Source of the DNA: Promethearchaeum syntrophicum
GTDB lineage: Archaea > Asgardarchaeota > Lokiarchaeia > Sigyniarchaeales > Promethearchaeaceae
DNA length: 32,000 nucleotides
Assembly (NCBI RefSeq): GCF_008000775.2
Contig: NZ_CP042905.2
Span: 3,120,001 to 3,152,000 of the forward strand
Direction: 5' to 3'
Below are positions 25,280-32,000 of the stretch, one piece after another. The first letter of the stretch is position 1; the number at the start of each line of letters is the position of its first letter. The notes beneath the pieces are model-generated. The model worked only from the letters and a program-made list of their open reading frames with translations, searched no databases and was not told where the DNA came from. The translations under genes were made by a program, and so were the position numbers.

Positions 25280-25489
25280 ATGGAACATCTAACAAAATTA
25301 CAATCAACTGGAAGTTTAAAGAGCTATCGTGTTAAAACTTCTAGAACTGTCGCAGATTTACTCAAAGATCTGAAGTTAGAATCAAAATTCTTTGCAATCC
25401 TTGTAAATGGCAAAAAAGTTAATCTAAATGATACCGTTGAAGAGGGGAATGATATCACTATTTTGCCCAGAATCGCTGGCGGACATTAA
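25280..25489 (+). CDS. ThiS/MoaD-family beta-grasp ubiquitin-like small protein (69 aa) ending ...AGG-H
   Basis: FAILVNGKKVNLNDTVEEGNDITILPRIAGGH matches the ThiS pattern (..vNg..v......l.dGD.i.i....GG), with one extra residue after the di-glycine. A TTTTAATA-like box sits about 30 nt upstream and there is no SD. Confidence 0.75.
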   Translation: MEHLTKLQSTGSLKSYRVKTSRTVADLLKDLKLESKFFAILVNGKKVNLNDTVEEGNDITILPRIAGGH

Positions 25490-25509
25490 TTTAGATTTAA
25501 CTTAACTTA

Positions 25510-25520
25510 TTTTTTTTTTT
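25510..25520 (+). terminator. T11 tract 20 nt downstream of the Ubl stop; candidate oligo-T terminator
   Basis: An uninterrupted run of 11 T at 25510-25520, between the convergent Ubl and RNase Z genes. Confidence 0.35.
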
Positions 25521-25616
25521 ACTTCTAAGGTCTTATTCTAATTTAATTTTGAAAGGAATGGTTATAGATAATTTATAAAGAGGAAAAAAGTTAAACCAAA
25601 GTAAGTTGTATTTTTA

Positions 25617-26627
25617 TTATAAAGGAATAAAAAATTCCATCAGATCCTTAGCAGCCCGAGTGTTGGGAAATATTTCTTTAGCTTCTTCTTCTAAAGTACC
25701 GATATTTTTATATCTACTGGAAAAATGAGTTAAGATTAATTGTTTTACATTTGCTTCCTTTGCTATCTCCGCCGCCATCTTAGAAGAAAGATGAAGTTTC
25801 TCTCGTGCAAGATCTTCGTCTAAATAAGCATAGGTAGATTCACAAACAAAAACGGTTGCATTTTTAGCTAATTCAATAACTTCAGGGCATTTAGCTGTAT
25901 CAGCGCTATATGCGATTACACGACCGGGTCTTTTTTCAGTAACTATTCCTTCCTTTACAGGATCTATGGTTTCACCGTTTATTTCAATATTTTGACCATC
26001 TTGCATAATACCCCATAATCTCCCTTTTGGAATGTTCATTTCAAGTGCTCTATTTGGATCAAATTTACCGTCTAAATCTGCTTCTTCAAATCGAAAACCC
26101 ATTGTTGGAACACTGTGATCCACCCACATTCCTTTAATTCGATAATCCTTATTTACAAAGATATCATTAGAAGTATGTTGAATTATGTGGCGGTGAAGAT
26201 TCTCAGACAAGAAATAACTATAATGAGTCATCATCATTTGCCCAGGCGGAGTGTCAAGTTTTGGATAACCAACTTCAATTAATGTTAAAGGATATTTTGT
26301 CGCTCGTAATCCAATAAAATGATAATGTGAAAGTAAAAATGAGGCGATCCCATAAGGTCCAATTATTCTAAGTGGAGCTGTTCTTTCATTTAAATGAAAT
26401 CTAAATAATAAACCAGGGAGACCTATAACATGATCGCCATGCAAATGGGAAATTAAGATTGTAGTGGGTGTGTTGAATTTCAATTTCGCGGCTTCGAATC
26501 TACGTTGTACATCTTCACCAGCATCAAAAATTACAAGTTCTCCGGAATCTAGTCTAAGAGCAAATGAAGAAAGGTTTCTATCTTGTGTAGGAGTAGCTGC
26601 TGATACCCCTAAAAATTTGAGCTCTAT
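25617..26627 (-). CDS. rnz: Ribonuclease Z (tRNA 3' endonuclease, MBL fold); 5' end placed at a non-canonical ATA codon
   Basis: HLHGDHVIGLPGLL (HxHxDH), ..AYSADT.., and LILTHFSSRY. The in-frame upstream sequence IELKFLGVSAATPTQDRNLSSFALRLDSGELVIFDAGEDVQRR aligns with the canonical RNase Z N-terminus (B. subtilis MELLFLGTGAGIPAKARNVTS...WLFDCGEATQHQ). The track start (TTG 26483) would delete this conserved motif. Function confidence is high; start-codon confidence is moderate. Confidence 0.8.
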   Translation of the reverse strand: MELKFLGVSAATPTQDRNLSSFALRLDSGELVIFDAGEDVQRRFEAAKLKFNTPTTILISHLHGDHVIGLPGLLFRFHLNERTAPLRIIGPYGIASFLLSHYHFIGLRATKYPLTLIEVGYPKLDTPPGQMMMTHYSYFLSENLHRHIIQHTSNDIFVNKDYRIKGMWVDHSVPTMGFRFEEADLDGKFDPNRALEMNIPKGRLWGIMQDGQNIEINGETIDPVKEGIVTEKRPGRVIAYSADTAKCPEVIELAKNATVFVCESTYAYLDEDLAREKLHLSSKMAAEIAKEANVKQLILTHFSSRYKNIGTLEEEAKEIFPNTRAAKDLMEFFIPL

Positions 26628-26736
26628 CGTAAAACCCCCAAAATTTTAATTTCCATAAATATTCACATTTTTGTTTTTGCTTGTTTTAAAAAAAAGAAAC
26701 TAATATTTATCAAATAGCCTCCGTGTTATATATTTG

Positions 26737-26967
26737 TTAAGTTCTTCGAAGTTCATCAAATAATTTCTTAAAATTTCGTTGATATTTATAAGCCATAGGA
26801 ACACTTTCCATATCAGGTTGTTTTTTAGTATCTAAAGAGTATGAAAGAGGATGGATTAACTCATCAAGGGGGGCTTCATTATCGTTCATAAGTTGAGGTT
26901 TATTAATACCGTCGCCACCGAGAACTTTTATAAATTCTCTTTTTGTTAATTCAGAGTCTTTTTCCAT
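26737..26967 (-). CDS. Hypothetical small protein (76 aa)
   Basis: An ATG-initiated ORF in an otherwise empty interval, divergent from the kinase operon. An A/T-rich TATA-like box sits about 25 nt upstream and there is no SD. No recognisable motifs. Confidence 0.45.
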   Translation of the reverse strand: MEKDSELTKREFIKVLGGDGINKPQLMNDNEAPLDELIHPLSYSLDTKKQPDMESVPMAYKYQRNFKKLFDELRRT

Positions 26968-27050
26968 GACTAATATTAAAATTGGAAAAATATTAAATTT
27001 TGTTTTGAAACAAATTTTTTAGTTCAAGGAATAATAAGTAATTAATATCA

Positions 27051-28952
27051 ATGTCGACCAATAGCAATTTTTTTCAATGTAGCAAATGTAAAAGTATCTT
27101 TTTGATTGAACCTGAAAGTTCAAAATCATGTAAAAATTGCGGTAAAAAAAATCTGGACCCAATTGATGGCAGATTTATACTTCGGTGTAAAAAATGCGGT
27201 TTAACTCAGAATAAACCAGCATTTTCGAAATTGCATAGCGAGAAGGCTTTAAAATGTCAATCATCTACATGTAAAGGTGCAATTAAATTAATTCAATTAA
27301 GAAAACGAAGTACTTTATCAACCCCAATTGCAATTCAACCAAAACAGCCCCCATCACCAAAAATTGATATTGGAAAGTCTATAATAAAGACTTTAAAAGA
27401 AGTTCATCCTCCTGTGCCGAAAAGAAGGGAATTACCGAAAAAACCTTTTGTAAATAATTATAAACCTTTTCCTTCAGATGATGTTTCCAAAGATAAGATT
27501 GATGAGGAAACCTTTATGCCTTTTCCCTCTTCTGCTCCGAAACCTAAAGTAAAATCATTACCAACTGTATCTCAAATTAAGAATCATCCTGGAATACAAA
27601 TTGGAGATAGGTTAAAATTGAATGAGGATATGTACGAGATTACAGCTAAAATCGGAATTGGGGGAATGGGAGCGGTACATCTGGCTCGAAATATTAAAAC
27701 TAAAAAAATGGTAGCTTTAAAAGAATTTTTCTATACAAGGTATCATGATCCCGAGAGTGGGTCAAATTTTTGTAATAAATATTGGGTTAGAGAATCCGAA
27801 ATTACCGAAATTCAAAGTAAATCACCTGAAACTTCGATGCACCTTTTAGGATCTTTAATACTTGAACAATTTCCAATACCCGAATATTATATTTTCCTTG
27901 AATATATCGATGGAATTGCATTAGATAAATGGTACACAGATCGTTATAAAAATATAGATCAATTAAATGGCAAAGAATTACGAATGCTAATAAAAGATAT
28001 TTTAATGCCAATTGCACGACATATGTATTACGTGCATCAACAAGGAATAGTTCACCGGGATCTTACTGTTCAAAATACAATAATATTAAATAAAAGATTT
28101 TCAGATAAATATACGCCTGTTATTATTGATTGGGGGGTTGCCAAGGAAGTAGGAATAGATAATATGTTTAAACCCCGAAAACCCTATTATGTAACATCTG
28201 CACCAGAAGCTACTGGGATAAGAAATAGAGGAACACCACCAGAAATAATGGCAGGTTTTGAACCTATTGCAGCGTCTGATATTTATATGTTTGGACATAT
28301 GATGTTCTATTTATTCAGCGGAGGGCATTATGCAAGTGCTGCTGCTACAAATGAGGATTTTGTTCTTCACCCAGGAGATTATAATCCCGATTTACCTCCA
28401 GAATTTACAAGACTAGTGGAATTCTGCACCCAATATGAACCTGCTGATCGAATGGAAAATATGGTTAAAGTTTATGATGCGTTAAATTGGTTATATGATG
28501 CTTCGCTAGGAAAGCATAAACATGGAATTGATGAAAATCAATCCCAATTATTTTTATTTTGTGATTATAATAATGGTTTAATTCCATTATACAGTAAAAA
28601 AGTCATAAAAATTGGACGAGATGAAGTTATTGCTGCGGGTAAGAACCATGATATGGATGGTCATCTTCATAGTGCATTGATTCCGACATCTGAGGGAAAA
28701 TTTTCATTTGAATTATATGTTGAAGGAAATTATGTTTATATTCGCGATAATTTTTCAAAATTGGGATCATTTATTTCGAATTTAACTTCAACTAATCAAC
28801 AAGTTTATAATAATGTCCCAATAAAAGGTTTAGATAACGTTGTTATTCAATTATCTGACTCCAATATTGGTAAAACGTCCATTGAAGTTCCATTTGTAGC
28901 ACCGGACGGTAAAACTTATAGAATTACATTTAAAATCGTTAAGAAAAAGTGA
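27051..28952 (+). CDS. Multidomain Ser/Thr protein kinase: two N-terminal zinc ribbons, a Pro/Lys-rich linker, a Hanks-type kinase domain and a C-terminal FHA-like domain
   Basis: Zinc ribbons: CSKCKS...CKNCGKK and CKKCGL...CQSSTCKG. Kinase: IGIGGMGAVHLA (G-loop), MVALKEF (VAIK Lys), IVHRDLTVQNTIIL (HRDLxxxN), IIDWGVAKE (DFG-like DWG), GTPPEIMAG (APE-like), DIYMFGHMMFYLFSG. FHA-like: IKIGRDE...HLHSALI...YIRDNFSKLGSFISN (compare G-R...S-x-x-H...D..S.NGT.vN). The FHA assignment is moderately confident. Confidence 0.9.
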   Translation: MSTNSNFFQCSKCKSIFLIEPESSKSCKNCGKKNLDPIDGRFILRCKKCGLTQNKPAFSKLHSEKALKCQSSTCKGAIKLIQLRKRSTLSTPIAIQPKQPPSPKIDIGKSIIKTLKEVHPPVPKRRELPKKPFVNNYKPFPSDDVSKDKIDEETFMPFPSSAPKPKVKSLPTVSQIKNHPGIQIGDRLKLNEDMYEITAKIGIGGMGAVHLARNIKTKKMVALKEFFYTRYHDPESGSNFCNKYWVRESEITEIQSKSPETSMHLLGSLILEQFPIPEYYIFLEYIDGIALDKWYTDRYKNIDQLNGKELRMLIKDILMPIARHMYYVHQQGIVHRDLTVQNTIILNKRFSDKYTPVIIDWGVAKEVGIDNMFKPRKPYYVTSAPEATGIRNRGTPPEIMAGFEPIAASDIYMFGHMMFYLFSGGHYASAAATNEDFVLHPGDYNPDLPPEFTRLVEFCTQYEPADRMENMVKVYDALNWLYDASLGKHKHGIDENQSQLFLFCDYNNGLIPLYSKKVIKIGRDEVIAAGKNHDMDGHLHSALIPTSEGKFSFELYVEGNYVYIRDNFSKLGSFISNLTSTNQQVYNNVPIKGLDNVVIQLSDSNIGKTSIEVPFVAPDGKTYRITFKIVKKK

Positions 28953-28959
28953 AGATAAG

Positions 28960-30111
28960 ATGAGTGATACTACATCAAATGAAAATTCAAATGAGTTACG
29001 GGCAATATTATATTCAATTGCAAGACAAGACAGACCAGATTATGTTTGGCAATGGTTTTTTCGATATTTTGCTGGAGCGGGCTTAGAACCTGAACGATAT
29101 TTTAAGAATGAACCTAATGATCTCCTTGAAAATTATTTTACGTTATTTTCTATGGGTTTGGAATTGTTAAAAAACGAATATTCACGTGGAAAATATAATA
29201 AATTTATCAGGGATGAAAATCCTTCAAATTCTACCTACTATTTTGTAGGTGATACTCATGGTAGTTTTGTTGATACCTACCAAATTATTGATTATCTTAT
29301 TAAAGCTTTTCAAGTTAATCCTAAGATCAAAGTTGTTTTTTTGGGGGATTATGTTGATCGTAATCCATTTGATCTACAAAATTTAGCCTTTATTTTATCA
29401 TTTTGGATTTTATTTCCACAAAATGTTTTTTTAATAAGAGGAAATCATGAAGATTCATCTGTTTGCTCCAGATATGGCTTTTCTCAACACCTTTATGATA
29501 AATGCATATCAAAGGAGCGATTTACTCCAATTTGGGAACTTATTATTGAATTTTTCAGTAAACTTCCCCTTGGTTTTATGTGTAAAGTTGGTGATAAGAA
29601 GATTTTGGCTTTACATGGAGGAATTCCATTTGATGTTAATAGTTATCGTCCTTTAAAACTTCAAGATATTGAACCTAAATTAAATTGTTATCAAAAAGAA
29701 CATTTTGATATGGATACATTTTCACAAACTATGTTATGGGCAGATCCAGATCCTCAATTATTTGAAGGTGTTGCACCTAATCCGAAAACGGGTAGACCTC
29801 GTTTTTCTGAACAAGCTTTCAATGATTTTATGGAATTAAATCAATTTGATTTACTTCTCCGAGGTCATCAAAAATTTTCAGCTGGTTACAATATGCTTTG
29901 GAACAATAGATTAATTACACTTTTTAGCACTTCTACCTATGATGGAAGAACTATTGGCAAAGCTAAATTCCTCAGAGTCCATCCAGAGATTAATTATGAA
30001 CAAATTGGAGAAGAAAGGCTTGGAAAAGGATATGGGATTTTAGATGTTAATACAGATTTCTTAAATTCTCAAATAATCAAATATTATAACGGTAAAATTG
30101 AACAGAAATAA
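28960..30111 (+). CDS. PPP-family Ser/Thr phosphoprotein phosphatase (PP1/PP2A-like metallophosphoesterase) with a ~90-aa N-terminal extension
   Basis: GDTHGSF (GDxHG), GDYVDRN (GDxVDRG-like), RGNHE (GNHE), ALHGG and LLRGHQ, all in canonical order. It starts 7 nt after the kinase stop. Confidence 0.9.
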   Translation: MSDTTSNENSNELRAILYSIARQDRPDYVWQWFFRYFAGAGLEPERYFKNEPNDLLENYFTLFSMGLELLKNEYSRGKYNKFIRDENPSNSTYYFVGDTHGSFVDTYQIIDYLIKAFQVNPKIKVVFLGDYVDRNPFDLQNLAFILSFWILFPQNVFLIRGNHEDSSVCSRYGFSQHLYDKCISKERFTPIWELIIEFFSKLPLGFMCKVGDKKILALHGGIPFDVNSYRPLKLQDIEPKLNCYQKEHFDMDTFSQTMLWADPDPQLFEGVAPNPKTGRPRFSEQAFNDFMELNQFDLLLRGHQKFSAGYNMLWNNRLITLFSTSTYDGRTIGKAKFLRVHPEINYEQIGEERLGKGYGILDVNTDFLNSQIIKYYNGKIEQK

Positions 30112-30131
30112 TTAAATTCATAGTTTTTAGA

Positions 30132-31079
30132 ATGAAAATCAGAATTCTTGGTGCTGAAAGTCTTGGTGTAAGGAGTTTATGCGTTTTTGTAACTACGAAT
30201 AACAAAAGGATCCTTATAGATCCTGGAATTGCCTTAGGATACAAAAGATTTGGACTATTGCCGCATCCGTTCCAGGTTGCAATCGGAGATAATATTAGGA
30301 AAAATGTCATCTCTATTTTAAAATCAGGAGTTACAGATATTGTTTTCAGCCACTATCATGGGGATCATATTCCTCTTCCCCATGCCAATCCTTTTCAATT
30401 AGATGCATATCAAGTTTCCCAATATTTCAAAAAACCCAACCTTTGGTGCAAAAGTTCTGAAAATATATCAAACCAGATGCTAATTCGTAGAAATAAACTA
30501 ATGAGGATTTTACAAAGGGATTTTCCTAATTCTGAGGGCAATACTGAAGGAAGTTTAAGTTTTTCCCCTTCTGTATCTCATGGACGGATGAAAAAAAATC
30601 ATGTCATGATGACTCGGATTGAGGAAAGGGACACGATCTTTGTTCATGCTTCAGATATTCAACTACTTGATAATAAAGCAATTTCACAAATTTTAAAGTG
30701 GAAACCAACAATAGTTCTTGCTTCTGGACCACCGTTTTATTTAAAACAATACCATACCAAAGAAATTTATTATAAAGCTTGGAAAAACGCATTAAAATTA
30801 GCAGAAAAGACATCAACCCTTATCCTCGATCATCATTTATGCCGAGAAAAAGAGGGTTTAGATTTTATTTCTAATATTTCCGGAAAAACCGGGACAAAAA
30901 TCATTTGCGCTGCTCAATTTATGGAAAAAGAACCCATGTTATTAGAAGCATACAGACGAGAATTATACAAAGAGCTACCCGTTGATCCTAAATGGCATGA
31001 GAATTACTCTAAGGAAATAAGTACTACCGCAAGATTTCAATTTTGGAGAAATTTTCAAATAAAAGATTATGTTCTTTAA
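30132..31079 (+). CDS. Metallo-beta-lactamase-fold protein resembling the archaeal UPF0282 family (function unknown)
   Basis: MKIRILGAESLGVRSLCVFVTT..KRILIDPGIALG and FSHYHGDHIP (HxHxDH). Size is 315 aa. The family assignment is from memory of UPF0282 N-termini and is not verified. Confidence 0.7.
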   Translation: MKIRILGAESLGVRSLCVFVTTNNKRILIDPGIALGYKRFGLLPHPFQVAIGDNIRKNVISILKSGVTDIVFSHYHGDHIPLPHANPFQLDAYQVSQYFKKPNLWCKSSENISNQMLIRRNKLMRILQRDFPNSEGNTEGSLSFSPSVSHGRMKKNHVMMTRIEERDTIFVHASDIQLLDNKAISQILKWKPTIVLASGPPFYLKQYHTKEIYYKAWKNALKLAEKTSTLILDHHLCREKEGLDFISNISGKTGTKIICAAQFMEKEPMLLEAYRRELYKELPVDPKWHENYSKEISTTARFQFWRNFQIKDYVL

Positions 31080-31098
31080 TATAAAAGAAAAAAAGAAA

Positions 31099-31968
31099 TT
31101 AGAGTTGTTTTCCGCAGAAAAAGCAATACCGCTCATGAGATGAAGGTTGAGTCGCCTTACAATAAGGACAAACTTGAACTGCTTTTTTAGGAGATCTTCT
31201 CAAATGGGATCGAGGTTGGATGTTTGGATGTTCACTTTTAGTTTCATTTTCTGATACCCTCAATTTCATTGGTCCAGGTTTGGTATGTTTTACAATCATT
31301 GTGCCTTCAATATCGGCCAGTTTCTCTTTTCTGGGCGAGATTTTCTTAATTGGGGGTTCGATTTTTTTTATTTTTTTCTTTTTCTGCCTTTCTATGGAAT
31401 CAGGAGAGGATTGCATATCACATATTTTAAGTAAATCATTAATTTCAGCCACAGTCATCCCTACACCTAAATATTCAGCCCGGTTTCGTGCTGCAAATAA
31501 AGATGATTTCGCTTCATTAGTTTTTTTATTTTCAACTAAAGTCACTAAACTAGGAATTTTACCTTTGAGTTTTTCAATTTCTGATTCAATTTCTGTTTCT
31601 ATAGATTTATGTAAGTTATTCCAATGGGAAGTTATATTATCGGCAATTTTTTCGAATTTTTCCTTTCCTCTTGGTAAATTTGGCTTAACCAAAGAAATGT
31701 TATTTCGCGCTTCAATTATTCTACCTGATTTAAGATCATTTTCAATCCCATCCAAATTTTCAAGGATAGGTAAATTTATTGAGCAAAAATTAATGTAATG
31801 TTTTATTTCGGGAACTATCAGTGTTACATTAAGATTTTGAGCGGTAGTTAAGTTTTCTGTTAGAGAATCAATAGCTTTCTTGAACTTTAAAGTCATTACT
31901 TCGGTTTTAATTATTTTATCAAAAGCATTTTTTACTTTGGATTCTCTTTTATTACTCTCGGATTTCAC
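31099..31968 (-). CDS. Coiled-coil protein with a Lys-rich linker and a C-terminal zinc ribbon; possibly extends 5' beyond the window
   Basis: C-terminal CPYCKATQPSSHERYCFFCGKQL (CxxC...CxxC). The central part is heptad-like and K/E-rich, followed by RQKKKKIKKIEPPIKKISPRKEK. The track start is GTG at 31968, but the frame remains open to position 32000. I preferred this over the antisense 31220-31798 ORF, which is F/S/I-rich, a typical shadow composition. Confidence 0.6.
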   Translation of the reverse strand: MKSESNKRESKVKNAFDKIIKTEVMTLKFKKAIDSLTENLTTAQNLNVTLIVPEIKHYINFCSINLPILENLDGIENDLKSGRIIEARNNISLVKPNLPRGKEKFEKIADNITSHWNNLHKSIETEIESEIEKLKGKIPSLVTLVENKKTNEAKSSLFAARNRAEYLGVGMTVAEINDLLKICDMQSSPDSIERQKKKKIKKIEPPIKKISPRKEKLADIEGTMIVKHTKPGPMKLRVSENETKSEHPNIQPRSHLRRSPKKAVQVCPYCKATQPSSHERYCFFCGKQL

Positions 31969-32000
31969 TCTGTTATGTAAATTCTTAATTTTTGCTTTTA

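Noticed and set aside
26464-26649. A 61-aa plus-strand ORF overlapping the RNase Z 5' region.
   Set aside because: It is antisense to sequence that encodes the conserved RNase Z N-terminal motif on the minus strand, so it is a shadow ORF.
2859-30816. About twenty short ORFs (60-122 aa) from the track that are nested in, or antisense to, long CDSs. Examples: 2859-3068, 3049-3243, 3592-3780, 3662-3916, 4773-4955, 5226-5498, 8604-8882, 9576-9761, 9897-10082, 10319-10546, 11438-11790, 12636-12878, 13163-13354, 14612-15056, 17842-18210, 19381-19566, 20554-20745, 22727-22918, 23200-23391, 27802-28298, 29447-29656, 30077-30310, 30604-30816.
   Set aside because: Each lies entirely within, or largely overlaps, a longer ORF with recognisable family motifs. 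Their compositions are typical of shadow frames in AT-rich DNA (F/I/L/S/K-rich, no motifs), and none has its own SD or promoter context.
31220-31798. A 192-aa plus-strand ORF antisense to the coiled-coil zinc-ribbon gene.
   Set aside because: Its F/S/I-rich low-complexity translation is what the reverse complement of a K/E-rich coiled-coil gene produces. The minus-strand frame is longer and ends in a clean CxxC...CxxC ribbon.
1-32000. Search for CRISPR repeats, tRNA/rRNA genes, IS elements, integrases, toxin-antitoxin pairs and known defence genes.
   Set aside because: I saw no regularly spaced direct repeats, no GC-rich structured islands of tRNA or rRNA type in the short intergenic regions, and no transposase-, integrase- or nuclease-type defence motifs in any ORF.

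Overview
This is a densely coding, visibly AT-rich window (about one-third GC by eye) with roughly 27 protein genes. I found no rRNA, tRNA, CRISPR array, transposase or integrase. Several signals point to an archaeal, possibly Asgard-like, genome, but this is inference only. First genes of operons lack a Shine-Dalgarno (SD) site and have A/T-rich TATA-like boxes 25-30 nt upstream. Operon-internal genes carry GGAGGTGA-type SD sites. Oligo-T tracts follow operons. The gene content includes a UPF0282-like metallo-beta-lactamase (MBL) protein, a PPP phosphatase, a Hanks-type kinase, a ThiS-like ubiquitin-like protein (Ubl) and RNase Z.

Gene blocks in order:
(1) 669-14267 is a sugar-acid island. 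It has a GPH/MFS symporter, two divergent paralogues of ~680 aa from an unassigned enzyme-like family (one cytoplasmic, one with a signal/anchor), three redox enzymes (FrdA-like FAD protein, SDR, OYE-like flavoenzyme), a polytopic membrane protein, Eda-type KDPG aldolase, KDG kinase and a Gfo/Idh/MocA oxidoreductase.
(2) 14339-16013 pairs a secreted-domain protein carrying a ferric-reductase-like His-bearing membrane domain with a minimal CcsA-like WWD heme-handling protein.
(3) 16133-21337 encodes NuoE-like and NuoF-like subunits plus a 977-aa fusion of 2Fe-2S, GltD-like, NuoG-like and truncated molybdopterin domains. This matches Bfu/Stn/NfnABC-type flavin-based bifurcating modules.
(4) 21448-23467 is an ECF-type transporter (S, A and T components).
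(5) 23471-25132 is a TPR-like repeat protein, followed by a 69-aa ThiS-like Ubl ending GG-H, RNase Z and a small ORF.
(6) 27051-31079 is an operon of zinc-ribbon/Ser-Thr-kinase/FHA protein, PPP phosphatase and UPF0282-like MBL protein, followed by a convergent coiled-coil zinc-ribbon protein.

Most notable sequence-level oddity: both RNase Z and the TPR protein have clearly homologous or repeat-bearing coding sequence upstream of any canonical start. In each case an ATA or ATC codon sits behind a G5 tract, and an out-of-frame ATG lies 28-29 nt further upstream.
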